A stretch of 64,000 nt of DNA from Acidobacteriota bacterium (GTDB taxonomy: Bacteria; Acidobacteriota; Thermoanaerobaculia; Multivoradales; UBA5704). The position numbers were made by a program, and so were the translations under genes. Of this stretch, positions 25,750 to 36,600 are shown in pieces; position 1 is the first letter of the stretch; the number at the start of each line of letters is the position of its first letter. The stretch covers positions 73,206 through 137,205 of the forward strand of contig JBDTZG010000007.1 of assembly GCA_040005235.1 (NCBI GenBank), in the 5' to 3' direction. The notes beneath the pieces were generated by a model. It had not been told where the DNA came from. It did no database searches and saw nothing but the letters and a program-made list of their open reading frames with translations.

Positions 25750-27009
25750 GTGCCTACCGAACTGGTGCCATTTCGCGACGCTCTCAGGGTATGGGTGCGC
25801 GTCGCGCTTCAGAGTTTCGGGGGGCCGGCCGGACAGATCTCGGTGAGGCATCGCATCCTGGTGGACGAGAAGCGGTGGATCGACGAGCCGCGTTTTCTCC
25901 ACGCCCTCAACTACTGCATGCTGCTGCCGGGTCCGGAGGCACAGCAGCTCGCGACGTATATCGGCTGGCTGCTCCACGGCACGGCAGGGGGCCTCGCTGC
26001 GGGGATTCTGTTCGTACTGCCTGGCTTTTTTGCGATTCTCGGGCTCTCGCTGCTTTACGTCGGTTTTCACGGCAGTGCGCTGGTCGCAGCGCTGCTTTGG
26101 GGACTCAAGCCCGCCGTGATCGCGATCGTGCTTGGCGCGGTCTTGCGGATCGGCAGGCGGGCGCTTGGGGGACCGTACCGCGTGACGCTCGCGGTGGCGT
26201 CGTTTCTCGCGATCTTCCTGTTCGCCGTGCCGTTTCCCGCGATTGTCCTCGTCGCGGCCTTTCTCGGCTGGCTCGGGGGACGGTTCGCCTCGCGGCCCGC
26301 GCCGGAGGAGGCCGAGCAGGGGAGCGAAACCGGCGAAACCGGTGAGCAGACCCAAGCCCCTCACACGCGGCGGCGAAGAGCCATGCGCTCGCTCCGCGTC
26401 GCGGCGATCGGCCTCGCGCTCTGGTTCGTGCCGCTCGGCCTCCTGGCGCTCTATTTCGGCCGCGGGCACGTTTTGGTGCAGATGGGACTGTTCTTCAGCC
26501 GGGCGGCAGTGGTGACCTTTGGCGGCGCTTACGCCGTGCTCGCCTATGTCGGCCAGCAAGCGGTCGAGACGTTCGGATGGCTTCGCCCGGGCGAGATGCT
26601 CGACGGGCTCGGCATGGCCGAGACGACCCCCGGGCCGTTGATCATGGTGCTCCAATTCGTCGGTTTCCTCGGCGCCTATCGCCATCCGGGCACGCTCGCC
26701 CCGATGACTGCCGGCCTGCTCGGCGCGCTGGTCACGGTTTGGGTGACGTTCGTTCCCTGTTTCCTCTGGATATTCCTGGGAGCGCCGTACGTCGAGATCC
26801 TCCGCCGCCAGAGGGGCCTGTCGAACGCGCTCGCCGCGATCACAGCCGCGGTGGTGGGCGTGATCGCGAACCTCGCGGTTTGGTTCTCGCTCCATACGCT
26901 GTTCGGCCGGCTCGACACGATCCATAAAGGGGCATTTCGGCTGCTGGTACCTGGCGCGGTAAGCTCCGTGCCGACATCGCGGCTTAGTGCCGTCGGAGGA
27001 TTTCCCCGC
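25750..27009 (+). CDS. chrA: Chromate efflux transporter ChrA, apparently 3'-truncated and reading in frame into the next gene
   Basis: SFGGPAGQI, LLPGPEAQQLATYIG, TFGGAYAVL, AETTPGPLI; no stop before 27873. Confidence 0.75.
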
Positions 27010-27873
27010 ATGCGCATCGCACTTCTCGGTACTGGACTGATGGGCTACGCGATGGCCGAACGTCTGCTAGAACAAGGCGTCGAGCTGTCGGTCTGGAACC
27101 GCACCCGCGCGAAGGCGGAGCCGCTCGGAGCGCAGGGTGCCCAGGTTGCCGATTCGGCCCGCGAGGCGATCGAAGCGGCGGGCGAGGGTGGTGTCGTGCT
27201 CGCCATGCTGCGCGACGCCCCGGCGATCCGTGCCGCGCTGGACGGAGCGCTCCCCTCCTTTTCGGGCAAGACGTTCGTGCAGATGAGCACGATCGCGCCG
27301 GGCGAAAGCCGGGCGCTTGGGCTGGAGATCGAAGCGGCCGGAGCCAAGTACCTGGAAGCGCCCGTGCTCGGCAGCACGCCCCAGGCGCGCGCCGGCACGA
27401 TGCAGGTTCTGGTGGGGGGAGATGCGGAGCTATTCGCCCGGGTGGAGAAGACGCTCGGCCTCCTCGGTCCGCCGACGCTCGTCGGCCCGGTCGGGCAGGC
27501 CGCGGCGCTCAAACTCGCGCTCAACCAGTTGATTCCGAATTTGATCGCGGCGTTTTCGTTGTCGCTCGGAATGGTCCGCCGTTCCGGCGTCGATCTCGAT
27601 CTGTTCCTTGGGATCCTCAGGAAGAGCGCGCTCTACGCGCCGAGCTTCGACGGCAAGCTGCCCAAGATCCGGATTCGGGACTTCGCGCAACCGAGCTTCC
27701 CGGCCGAGCTGATGCTCAAGGATCTCGACCTGATTCGTGCCGAATGCGAGACTCTCGGTCTCGACGCGACGGTCGCCGACGCCGTGCGTGACGTGCTGGT
27801 TCGTACGGTGGAAAACGGTCAGGGCGGAGCGGATTACTCGGCGCTCTACGAGGTGATCGACCCTCGGGATTGA
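27010..27873 (+). CDS. NAD(P)-dependent beta-hydroxyacid dehydrogenase (3-hydroxyisobutyrate dehydrogenase family)
   Basis: MRIALLGTGLMG, WNRT, MSTI, EAPVLGS, LKLALN; own GGAGGA RBS at 26995-27000. Confidence 0.85.
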   Translation: MRIALLGTGLMGYAMAERLLEQGVELSVWNRTRAKAEPLGAQGAQVADSAREAIEAAGEGGVVLAMLRDAPAIRAALDGALPSFSGKTFVQMSTIAPGESRALGLEIEAAGAKYLEAPVLGSTPQARAGTMQVLVGGDAELFARVEKTLGLLGPPTLVGPVGQAAALKLALNQLIPNLIAAFSLSLGMVRRSGVDLDLFLGILRKSALYAPSFDGKLPKIRIRDFAQPSFPAELMLKDLDLIRAECETLGLDATVADAVRDVLVRTVENGQGGADYSALYEVIDPRD

Positions 27874-27879
27874 TTTCGG

Positions 27880-29010
27880 CTACCGCAGCTCTTCGCGGAT
27901 CACGTCGATCAATCGGTGCAGGTCGACCGGCTTGGTCAGGTGGCGGGCGAAACCGGCTTCGAGCGCACGTTGGATGTCCTCGTCCATGCCGTAGCCCGAG
28001 AGCGCGATCCCTTTGAGGCCGTGCCGCTTCGAGAGGACCCGCATCAAATCGCAGCCGTCGCCGTCGGGCAGGCCGAGATCGCTCAAGACCAGCTGGAAGC
28101 TTTCTCGCTCGTCGGTATGTGCCTGAAACGCGGCGGCGAGAGCGTCGGCGACCGAAGAAGCTCGGGTGACGCGGAAGCCCGAATCTTGAAGCAGGACCGC
28201 GAGCGCCTCGGCCGTGTCGTCGTGATCTTCGACCAGCAGCAGATGAGGCGGCGTGCCGGAGGGACGGACCCGATCGGGGCTTCGCTTTCCTGCGTCGACC
28301 GATTGGGCGACCGCCGAGCTGGTCCCCTTGGAGAGCAGGTCATCGATCAGGCGGACTTCCAGCTCCAGGTTACGCCGGATGCGTTCGAGCATCGGGGCGA
28401 ACCGCTCGGGCAGATCGACGGCTCCCTGCATGGCCGACAGGGTGAGCATCACCGGAGCGAGGGGAGTGCGCAGCTCGTGGGAAAGGGCGGCGAAAAAACG
28501 ATCTTTGGCGTCGACCGCGTCGAGCGCAAACAGGCGTGCCTGTTCCAGATCGCGGCGCAGCCGGTGAAGTTGCTTTTCCGGCCGGAGATCGCGAGCGAAC
28601 GCGAGATGCAGACCCGGAGCGACGCATGGCCGGAACCGCCACTCGACTTCGATCAGCGAGCCGTCGGCTGCAAGAATGGGAAACTCGCCCTCGAAACCGT
28701 GTCGAGATTGCAAGCCGGCGAGCGCCGCGTCGCCCAAGGTTTTGGCGCTCGGCAACAGGAAGGACGAGAGCGTTTGACCGATCAGGTCCGGCCGGTCGAA
28801 CTGCAGAAGCTGGCAAAAGGCCCGGTTCGCCTCGCACAGGTTAGCCGCGTCGTCGAGCAGGGCGGCCGCCCCGAACCCCTCTTGATACAGAGACTTACCG
28901 AGCGAGCCGAGAAGCTCGTCAAGGGTGGGGGGCGGGGCGCTTGCGGCGTCGCTGCTCATCGTGAGATCCAACATGAGGGAAGGGAGTCCCTGGGTCTGGA
29001 TGTCCAACAA
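27880..29010 (-). CDS. PAS-HisKA-receiver signalling protein lacking a HATPase domain (start may be 28974 or 28959)
   Basis: PAS-like region, SHELRTPL H-box, then LLVED...SDLGLPDGDG...TKP receiver. Confidence 0.8.
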   Translation of the reverse strand: MLDIQTQGLPSLMLDLTMSSDAASAPPPTLDELLGSLGKSLYQEGFGAAALLDDAANLCEANRAFCQLLQFDRPDLIGQTLSSFLLPSAKTLGDAALAGLQSRHGFEGEFPILAADGSLIEVEWRFRPCVAPGLHLAFARDLRPEKQLHRLRRDLEQARLFALDAVDAKDRFFAALSHELRTPLAPVMLTLSAMQGAVDLPERFAPMLERIRRNLELEVRLIDDLLSKGTSSAVAQSVDAGKRSPDRVRPSGTPPHLLLVEDHDDTAEALAVLLQDSGFRVTRASSVADALAAAFQAHTDERESFQLVLSDLGLPDGDGCDLMRVLSKRHGLKGIALSGYGMDEDIQRALEAGFARHLTKPVDLHRLIDVIREELR

Positions 29011-29066
29011 GAAAGCAAAAGGAATGCCGCCGTTTCAGGGCGACGGCTTCCGCCGAGCTGCGGTTT

Positions 29067-29858
29067 TTAGGCGTCGTCGCCGCAGGGGATCAACAGGCGC
29101 TCGATGCCGCGAGCCTTGCCGGTCTCTTCATCGATGTCGACCACGGCACCGGCAAGTCGGACATCGCGCTTCGCGACTTCGAGCGGCACGGAGGTCTGGA
29201 GCAGAAACCGGCGCAGCACCTTGTCCACCCGCATGCCGATGATCGAATCGTACGGCCCGGTCATGCCGACGTCGGTAAGCAACGCCGTTCCCCCCGAGAG
29301 CACGCGCTCGTCGGCGGTTGGCACGTGGGTGTGGGTGCCGAGCACGGCGCTCACCTTGCCGTCCAGATAAAAGCCGAGCGCCTGCTTCTCGCTCGTTGCG
29401 TCGGCGTGGAAGTCGATCATGATCACTTTGATCTTCGGATCGAGCGAGGCGATCAACCGGTCCGCCGCATGAAACGGCGAATCGAGGTGGCTCATGAAGA
29501 CGCGACCTTCGAGGTTGATGACCGCGACCGGAATGCCCGCCGCGGTCTCGCCCACGTAGAGCCCCTTGCCGGGGTTGCCCTCGGGGTAGTTGGCGGGACG
29601 CAGGAGGCGCGGCTCGCGAGAGAGCAGCTCCACCCCTTCCTTCTTGTCCCAGACGTGGTTGCCGGTCGTGTAGCAATCGATCCCCAGGCTCTCGAATTCG
29701 TTCAACACGTCGGGGGTGACCCCGAAGCCGCCCGAGGAGTTTTCGACGTTCACCACGGTGTAGTCGATCCGGTGCTGGTCGATCAGACGGGGCACGAGGG
29801 CCTTGACGGCCCGGCGCCCCGGCTTTCCGATAACGTCGCCGACGAACAACAACTTCAT
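29067..29858 (-). CDS. ymdB: YmdB-family (TIGR00282) metallophosphoesterase
   Basis: [53 protein letters not shown]. Confidence 0.92.
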   Translation of the reverse strand: MKLLFVGDVIGKPGRRAVKALVPRLIDQHRIDYTVVNVENSSGGFGVTPDVLNEFESLGIDCYTTGNHVWDKKEGVELLSREPRLLRPANYPEGNPGKGLYVGETAAGIPVAVINLEGRVFMSHLDSPFHAADRLIASLDPKIKVIMIDFHADATSEKQALGFYLDGKVSAVLGTHTHVPTADERVLSGGTALLTDVGMTGPYDSIIGMRVDKVLRRFLLQTSVPLEVAKRDVRLAGAVVDIDEETGKARGIERLLIPCGDDA

Positions 29859-31423
29859 CGTGCGTACTCGATCGAGCGAGTCTCGCGGATCACCGTGATC
29901 TTGATCTGGCCGGGGTAAGTGAGCTCGGCTTCGACCTTCCTTGCGATGTCCTTGGACAGCCAGAGCGCCTGCTCGTCCGACAGTTTGCCGCTGTCGACGA
30001 TGATCCGCACCTCGCGGCCGGCCTGAATCGCGAACGTCTTCTGCACACCTTTGAAGCTGGAGGCGATCTCTTCGAGCTTCTCCAGTCGCTTGACGTAGGT
30101 TTCGAGCACCTCGCGCCGGGCGCCGGGGCGCGCTGCGGAGAGCGCGTCGGCCGCGGTGACCAAGACGGCTTCGACCGTCTGCGGGTCGTAGTCGCCATGG
30201 TGGCAGGCCATGCCATGGACCACCTCTTCGGTTTCGCCGTACTTCCGCAGCAGCTCGATGCCGAGCTGGAGATGGGTTCCTTCCATCTCGCGGTCGATCG
30301 CCTTGCCGATGTCGTGCAGGATGCCGGCGCGGCGGGCGACGTGGACGTTCGCCTTAAGCTCCGCGGCCATCGCGCCGGCCAGGAACGCCACCTCGCGGCT
30401 GTGGTGCAGGACGTTCTGGCCGTACGAGGTGCGGTAGCGCAGGCGGCCGAGCAGTTTGGTGAGCTCGGGGTGGAGATCCGGGATGCCCAATTCGAGGCAC
30501 GCGGCCTCTCCCTCGGCGAAGATCTTCTGCTCGAACTCGGCCTTGACCTTCTCGACCACCTCTTCGATCCGCGCCGGATGGATGCGGCCGTCCGTGATCA
30601 GCCGTTCGAGGGCCACCCGCGCGACCTCGCGGCGGAACGGGTCGAAGCCGGACAGGATCACCGCCTCAGGCGTGTCGTCGACGATCAGGTCGACGCCGGT
30701 CGCGGTTTCGAGAGCCCGGATGTTTCGCCCCTCGCGGCCGATGATCCGGCCCTTCATCTCGTCGTTCGGCAGCATGACCACCGAGACCGTTGCCTCCGAC
30801 ACGTAGTCTGACGCGGCGCGCTGGACCGCCATGCCGATAATCCGCTGTGCCTGCTTGTGCGCCGTTTCGCGCGCCTCGTCCTCCAGGCGCTTGATGATGT
30901 GGGCGGCCTCCATGCGGGCGTCCTGCTCCATCGAGCGGACCAGCTCCTCGCGCGCCTGCTGAGCGGTCAAGCCGGCAATGTGCTCCAGCTTTCCGCGCTC
31001 CTCGGCGAGCAGCTGGGCCACTTCGGTTTCTTTTTCCACGACGGTCTGCTCGCGTCCGCCCAGGTTGCGTTCGCGCGTCGCCACTTCGCGGTCGCGCTGC
31101 GAGAGATCTTCGGTCCGCTTGTCGAGGGTGTCTTCCTTCTGGGTCAGGCGGCGCTCGACCTGTTCGAGCTCGGAGCGGCGCTTGCGCGAGGCGCTCTCGA
31201 ACTCGCTGCGCGCCTGGAGCAGCTTTTCCTTCGCGGCCAGCTCCGCCTCGCGAACTTTGGTTTCGCCAGTGCGCTCGGCGTCTTCGAGGATTTGCTTTGC
31301 CCGCTGCTCGGCTTCAAGGCGTAGACGCACAGCTTCCCGCTTACCCCAACGGAGCAGGAAGAAGGAGATGGCAATCGCGACCAGGACCAGCGCCGCGATG
31401 AAAATCAAAAGATTCGTGCTCAA
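29855..31423 (-). CDS. rny: Ribonuclease Y
   Basis: N-terminal TM, coiled coil, KH ([13 protein letters not shown]), HD (LHDIGKA), [14 protein letters not shown]. Confidence 0.97.
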   Translation of the reverse strand: MSTNLLIFIAALVLVAIAISFFLLRWGKREAVRLRLEAEQRAKQILEDAERTGETKVREAELAAKEKLLQARSEFESASRKRRSELEQVERRLTQKEDTLDKRTEDLSQRDREVATRERNLGGREQTVVEKETEVAQLLAEERGKLEHIAGLTAQQAREELVRSMEQDARMEAAHIIKRLEDEARETAHKQAQRIIGMAVQRAASDYVSEATVSVVMLPNDEMKGRIIGREGRNIRALETATGVDLIVDDTPEAVILSGFDPFRREVARVALERLITDGRIHPARIEEVVEKVKAEFEQKIFAEGEAACLELGIPDLHPELTKLLGRLRYRTSYGQNVLHHSREVAFLAGAMAAELKANVHVARRAGILHDIGKAIDREMEGTHLQLGIELLRKYGETEEVVHGMACHHGDYDPQTVEAVLVTAADALSAARPGARREVLETYVKRLEKLEEIASSFKGVQKTFAIQAGREVRIIVDSGKLSDEQALWLSKDIARKVEAELTYPGQIKITVIRETRSIEYAR

Positions 31424-31488
31424 TTCGACCTCCCCCTCAAAGGGAGGGTCGGGGTCGAAGCCTCAAGAGGGCGTGCGGTGGATTTAAA

Positions 31489-31686
31489 GTGCGCATCCCC
31501 CGCGGATACGAGTGGACTGTGCGTTTTAGAACCTGTAACGAAAACAGGTGGGTGCCCTCTCCACGAGCCGTTAGCGTCCTCGTACGAGCGAGGCTGGCAC
31601 GGGCCGCGCGGAATCTGAGCTCCCGGGGGTATAACGTTGGTTCTACGATCGTTAAGCCCATCTCGCACCATCCAGGGGATGCGCAC
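31489..31686 (-). ncRNA. ssrS: 6S RNA
   Basis: 198-nt region closed by a perfect 12-bp stem (GTGCGCATCCCC/GGGGATGCGCAC) in the conserved zapA-ssrS-rny position. Confidence 0.8.
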
Positions 31687-31699
31687 GCAAAATCATATC

Positions 31700-32047
31700 T
31701 CAGAAGGCGTCGGTCGCCGTCGTTGCCGGTTCCTCGGCAAGGGCCGCGTCCAACTCCTTCACTAACTCGAACACTCTCTCTCGAACTTCGACCCGTTCCC
31801 CTTCTTGCCGTCTTTGCAGCTCAAAGAGCTCATCGGCCAGGTTGAGCGCGGCAAGGATCGCGATCCGTGCCGTATCCTGCGTCCGAACCTGCCTCGCGAT
31901 CTCGCGCATTCTGCCGTCAACGAGATCCGCGAGCGCCTGAACGTGGCCACCCTCATCGCTACCGCGGACGTTGTACGCGGCGCCGAAGATCCGCACCTCG
32001 GTGGTGTCGATTCCCGTGCTCAACCGTTCGTCCTCCGCGCTGTCCAT
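31700..32047 (-). CDS. zapA: Cell division protein ZapA
   Basis: VRIFGAAYNV...LADLVDGRMREI...IAILAALNLADEL. Confidence 0.88.
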   Translation of the reverse strand: MDSAEDERLSTGIDTTEVRIFGAAYNVRGSDEGGHVQALADLVDGRMREIARQVRTQDTARIAILAALNLADELFELQRRQEGERVEVRERVFELVKELDAALAEEPATTATDAF

Positions 32048-32207
32048 GGGCCGACAAGTGGTTTGAACCCATAGACTTGGCCCCGGACTATAGCACAGGT
32101 GAAGAAGTCGGTTCGGAGGTCTTCCCGGACCCCGGCGCGGGTGGGCCGATCCTTCGGCCGACAGATCCCGCCCGGCGGTCGGTGAGTCCAAGAAACCGCG
32201 ATCCATC

Positions 32208-32501
32208 CGGGAAATCTCGCTGATTTGGCGGGAAGTCTTCCCGTTGAATCGGGAAGGAGTGCCGCGGTACTGAGAAGGTTTGCTGATTTGTCGGGCCAGA
32301 ACCCCGCAAACATAAAGATTGCGCCCGCCAAGGCGGGTAAGAAGGCCGGCAAAGCGGGTGGCTCACCCGTTCTTGCGGCATGAAGGCTCGTCGTTGCGGA
32401 TACTCAGCGCGCAAATACGGTACCCTTTGCCGCCACGGTTGGCATAAGATCCTGCTCGACGGGATATTTTCCCTTGGTGACGGAAAGAGGAGCCTCTACG
32501 G
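32208..32501. repeat. Degenerate 21-bp periodic array, consensus CGG-N9-CCG-N6, 14 units
   Basis: CGG at 32208,32229,32250,32292,32334,32355,32376,32397,32418,32460,32481, all in the same 21-bp phase; CCG-like triplet at unit positions 13-15. Confidence 0.7.
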
Positions 32502-32545
32502 GCTTCGTTGCCATCCTCTCCTCGCGCGGATCGATTGGAGACACC

Positions 32546-32893
32546 ATGACCAAGAAGGCAGCCTTCGCCGACCTCCTCCGAGAGTGGGATCAACTGCTCG
32601 ACGCAGCAAACGACAACGAAGCAGCGATGGCGCTGGCCGCCTCCCTGCGGGCGGAATTCGCCCAGACGGTGGAGCGCGCCCGGGAACTCAAAGCCCGCCA
32701 GGACTCCCTCGCCGCGAGCCGCCAGGAGGCGACCCAGAAGCTCGCCGAGACCGTGGAGGTGGCGGTCGACCAAGCCCGTCGCCTCCAGCAGATGGCCAAA
32801 GCCCTGCTCGGCCCGTCCAGCGAACGCTTGGTGCAGTTCCGGGTGGCACCGCTGCGCGGCCGTCGCCGGATCCCCGTGCGGCCGGTGCCGTAG
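32546..32893 (+). CDS. Small helical hypothetical protein with basic C-terminal tail
   Basis: GGAG RBS + ATG; coiled-coil-like body; LGPSSERLVQFRVAPLRGRRR tail. Confidence 0.7.
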   Translation: MTKKAAFADLLREWDQLLDAANDNEAAMALAASLRAEFAQTVERARELKARQDSLAASRQEATQKLAETVEVAVDQARRLQQMAKALLGPSSERLVQFRVAPLRGRRRIPVRPVP

Positions 32894-33014
32894 GCGGAGG
32901 GTGGTTCGGTCGCTACCAGATGTTGCGCTAAACTTCTCTCTCCGCTACATTGGGCATCTCTGGATTTACCTGGCGCGAAACCTCCCCAATCCCCTTAGTT
33001 TTCGGAGATCGATA

Positions 33015-33686
33015 GTGGCTAACAGAATCGTTTCGAACCTGGGATTCCTCGTCGTCTCCTTGTTCGTTCTCGGCCGGGGAGACCCTTCCCTTGCCGCTCC
33101 TCCTCTCCGCCTTGAAATTCACGGGCAGTCGCTGGTTGCGAGCCGAGCGCAGGGGAAGGTGGTCTTCTTCGGCGTCTCGCGGCAGATCGATCCCGACGAA
33201 ATCGTGACGCGTCGACGCCTGGCGGAGCTCCGGGCGGACGAGGACGGCGACGGGGTGGTGACTCTTGCGCTCGACCGGCCGGTGGCGCCGGTGTCGGTCT
33301 GGGCGGCGGTCGACCTCGCCTCAGGGGATGTCGCGGTAGTTTCCCCCACAGGCAGCCGGACTCCACGCGGCGGATTTCGCGGCCGGGGGCTCGGGCATCG
33401 CGAAACGGGGCGCGGTACGGTCCACGATCTCCGCTTCCAGAGCGAGCTCCTGGTCGTTCGGCCAGGGGTAGGGGGCGGCGCCTGGACGCTGACCGCAGGC
33501 GACGGCAACGTTGGCGATGAAGACGGCGATGCGAACGGCGAACTCGAGACCGCGCTCGACCGGATGACGCCGCTCGACGCCTCACCGGCGCCTCCTGAGG
33601 ACTTCGGTCCGGGTGACGTTGTGCTGCTCGTCGATCCGCGCTCGCTCGAAGTCGTCCTCGTGCGCCAGCCAGGGGGCGCGAAGTGA
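33015..33686 (+). CDS. Secreted hypothetical protein coupled to the Rhs gene
   Basis: GTG start after GGAG; hydrophobic signal-like segment; DEDGDG motifs; stop overlaps the Rhs GTG start. Confidence 0.65.
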   Translation: MANRIVSNLGFLVVSLFVLGRGDPSLAAPPLRLEIHGQSLVASRAQGKVVFFGVSRQIDPDEIVTRRRLAELRADEDGDGVVTLALDRPVAPVSVWAAVDLASGDVAVVSPTGSRTPRGGFRGRGLGHRETGRGTVHDLRFQSELLVVRPGVGGGAWTLTAGDGNVGDEDGDANGELETALDRMTPLDASPAPPEDFGPGDVVLLVDPRSLEVVLVRQPGGAK

Positions 33687-36600
33687 ACCTTCCGGCATTT
33701 CGACGTCTCGCCGCCCTCGGAGTATTCCTCGTCGCCGCAACGCGCGGGTTCGCCCAGGAGCACCCAAACGTCGCGCGCGGGATCGCGAATCTGAGCGGCG
33801 ATCTCGACAGCGTCAATCCGTTCAACGGCAATCTCTCCGTCGCGATCCTGATCGGCCAGCGGTATCCGGTCAACTCCCACCTCTCGTACGGCTTGACGCT
33901 CGTTTACAACAGCCAGGTCTGGGACTACGAACAACGGGACGATCCAAACAACGTGGACCATCCTTTCGTCCAGGCGCTTCCTTCGTTGATTTCGAACGCC
34001 GGTCTTGGTTGGCTCGTTACCCTGGGCCGGTTCAATCCTCCGAGCACGAGCAACGACGGCAACGTCGTCCGCGACAACTACCTCGCGCCGGATGGTTCGC
34101 GGCACACCTTTTACGGCACGCTCCACGAAGGAGAAACAGCGGTTCGAGGTGTTCTCTACACCCGGGACGGCAGCTATCTCCGCTACATAGCGGCGACGGC
34201 CACGGCCAATCAGCAGATCGAGTTTCCGGACGGAACGGTCCACGAGTTCGACGCCGAGGGCTATCCGGTTACGCTCCGCGACCGTTTCGGCAACTCCGTT
34301 GCGATCACCTATCTTGCGGGAGGCCAGAACGTCCCCGCCTCGCAGGCCGATGTTTGGCGGATCGCCGACAGCGCCAGCATTCGGGTACAGACGGTCACTT
34401 TTAAAACGATCCCGGGTCTGTCGTTGGCGGAGTCGGCGAAGGTCGTGTCGCAGATCGATGTCGCGGCGTTCGGCAGCAGCCAGCCGGCGACCTATCTCTT
34501 TCACTACGACGCCGATAGCGTGAGTCCCGCGCCGATCACCGGCTGTCGCAACACCGACCTGATGACGATGAATTTGAGGGTCGCGGAGCTGACCCAGATC
34601 GACCTTCCCGACGGCACGACCTATCGGATGCCCACTTACTATCCGACGACGCCGAGCGGACCGTGCAAATCGGGCATGCTCGCCCGGCTGACGCTTCCGA
34701 CCCTCGGTTCGATCGCTTGGGACTTCATCGAGTACGTCTATCCGACCGAGTCGACGACGCGCGGTTTCTGGCAGCGAACCTCGGGCGTCGGCACCCGCCA
34801 GTTGATCGACGGGGACGGTGCGACGGTGATCGGCACGTGGACCTACGAGACGGCAATGACTGCACCGCCGCTCAATGCTCCGCGCCGCGAGCTGGTCAAC
34901 ACGACGGCCGATCCGCTCGGCAACCGCACGGTGCGTTACTTCTCGATCTGCGCCAAGAGCACCTGTCCGATCGTCGATGAGCTTTATGACTACGGGCTCC
35001 CCTTTACTCGCGTGAGCGCCGGAGACGGGGTGGGCCGATTCCTTTCGAGCCAGATTTTCGCCCCCGGCAACGTCCTCCTTCGCTCGTTCTATGCGCGCTA
35101 CGAGCGGGATGCCGATCCGTTCGGATCGGCCTCGCTGCTCGAAGACAAGGGACGGTTCAACCAGCGTGCCGCGAGCCGGCGGACGGTCTTCCAAGAAGGC
35201 GCAACCTCGACCGTGGCGGACGAGGACCTGTCGGATTTCGACGGCTATGGGCACTACCGGGGCCAATCGATGGGCGGAACTTTCCCCGGCAGCAATGTCC
35301 GGGCCGTGGTGACCGGCTACAACCCCGACAAGGGGACGCTCGGTCAACCGGGCTTCGTGCCGTGGCCGACGGCAAGCCCCTGGGTGCTCGGCACCTACAC
35401 GTTTTCCTGGGAGAGCGAAGGAGGGCAGCTCCTCTACCGCTCGTTCTGTTTCGACGGCAGCAACGGTTACCTCCTCGGCCGAAGAGTTCACGCCGCGAAC
35501 GGATCCAACTACCTGCCGAACGACTTGGTCGAAACCAATACGAACGACGGTAAAGGCAACGTCGGTGCCGAGAAGAGCTTTGGGGGTGATGCTCAGCCGG
35601 TACCGACCGATGCCGTGGGTGCCTGGAACCTGACCTGTAACAGCAGCGGCCTCAGCCCGGTTTACCAGATGACGCACACCTACTCGAACGGGGTACGGGC
35701 GACCTCGTCGGTCTCGGTTGGGGGCTCTTCGCTCAAAGTACTCGATCAGACGATCGACGGCCGGACCGGGCTCGCCTCGTCGAGTCGGGACACGGCGGGA
35801 GTGGCGACGACCTACAGCTACGACGGCCTTGGGCGCCCCCTCTCCGTGGCACCCACCGGGATTGCACGGACGACTTACACCTATACCAATGCGGCGAACG
35901 CCTCCTCGCTCGCACGGGTGACGATCGCGCAAGTCTCTGCCGCGAACGCAACGCTCGCCGAGCGACGGATGACTTCCGATGCTCTCGGCCGGCCGGCGAC
36001 GGAAGAGGAGCGGATGCCAAGCGGTTCGTTGGCGCCGAAGCGGACGAACTACAACGCTCTCGGTTGGAAGATCTACGAGTCGAACCAGGGCTCAATCACC
36101 AACGGCACGACCTACTCGGCCTTTGATCCGTTCGGCCGGCCGGGGACGGTCACGCCTGCAGACAGCAATGCCCACGTGGTGAGCCTCAACTACGTCGGTA
36201 CACGGCAAGTGGAGCGGACGGTTTTGGTGGCGACCGGCACCACGGCCGAGACGGCTGCGACGACGCGCGAGACCTACGACCGTTTCAGCCGGCTCTACGA
36301 GGTGCGCGAGCCGAACGGCATCGTGACCCGCTATGGCTACGACGCAGGGAACCGGCTGGCGAGTGTCTGCCAGAACGCGACGGGCACGAACAGCTGCGGC
36401 CAGCGGCGGGAGTTTCATTACGACAATCGCGGACTTCTGCTCTGGGAGAATCATCCAGAAAAAGACCCGAACGTCTATTCCCTAGGGCACGACGTCGACT
36501 ATCTGTCCTTCGACGCGCGGGGGCAGGTGCTCCAAAAGATCGACGGCGCCAACGACGTGACCTATCGATATGACGCCGCAGGGCGCTTGATTCTGGTGCG

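Noticed and set aside
31420-31686. Small ORFs between zapA and rny
   Set aside because: Better explained by 6S RNA (terminal stem, length and synteny)
33119-35932. 937-aa minus-strand ORF
   Set aside because: Antisense shadow of the Rhs gene, expected in high-GC DNA; no recognisable motifs
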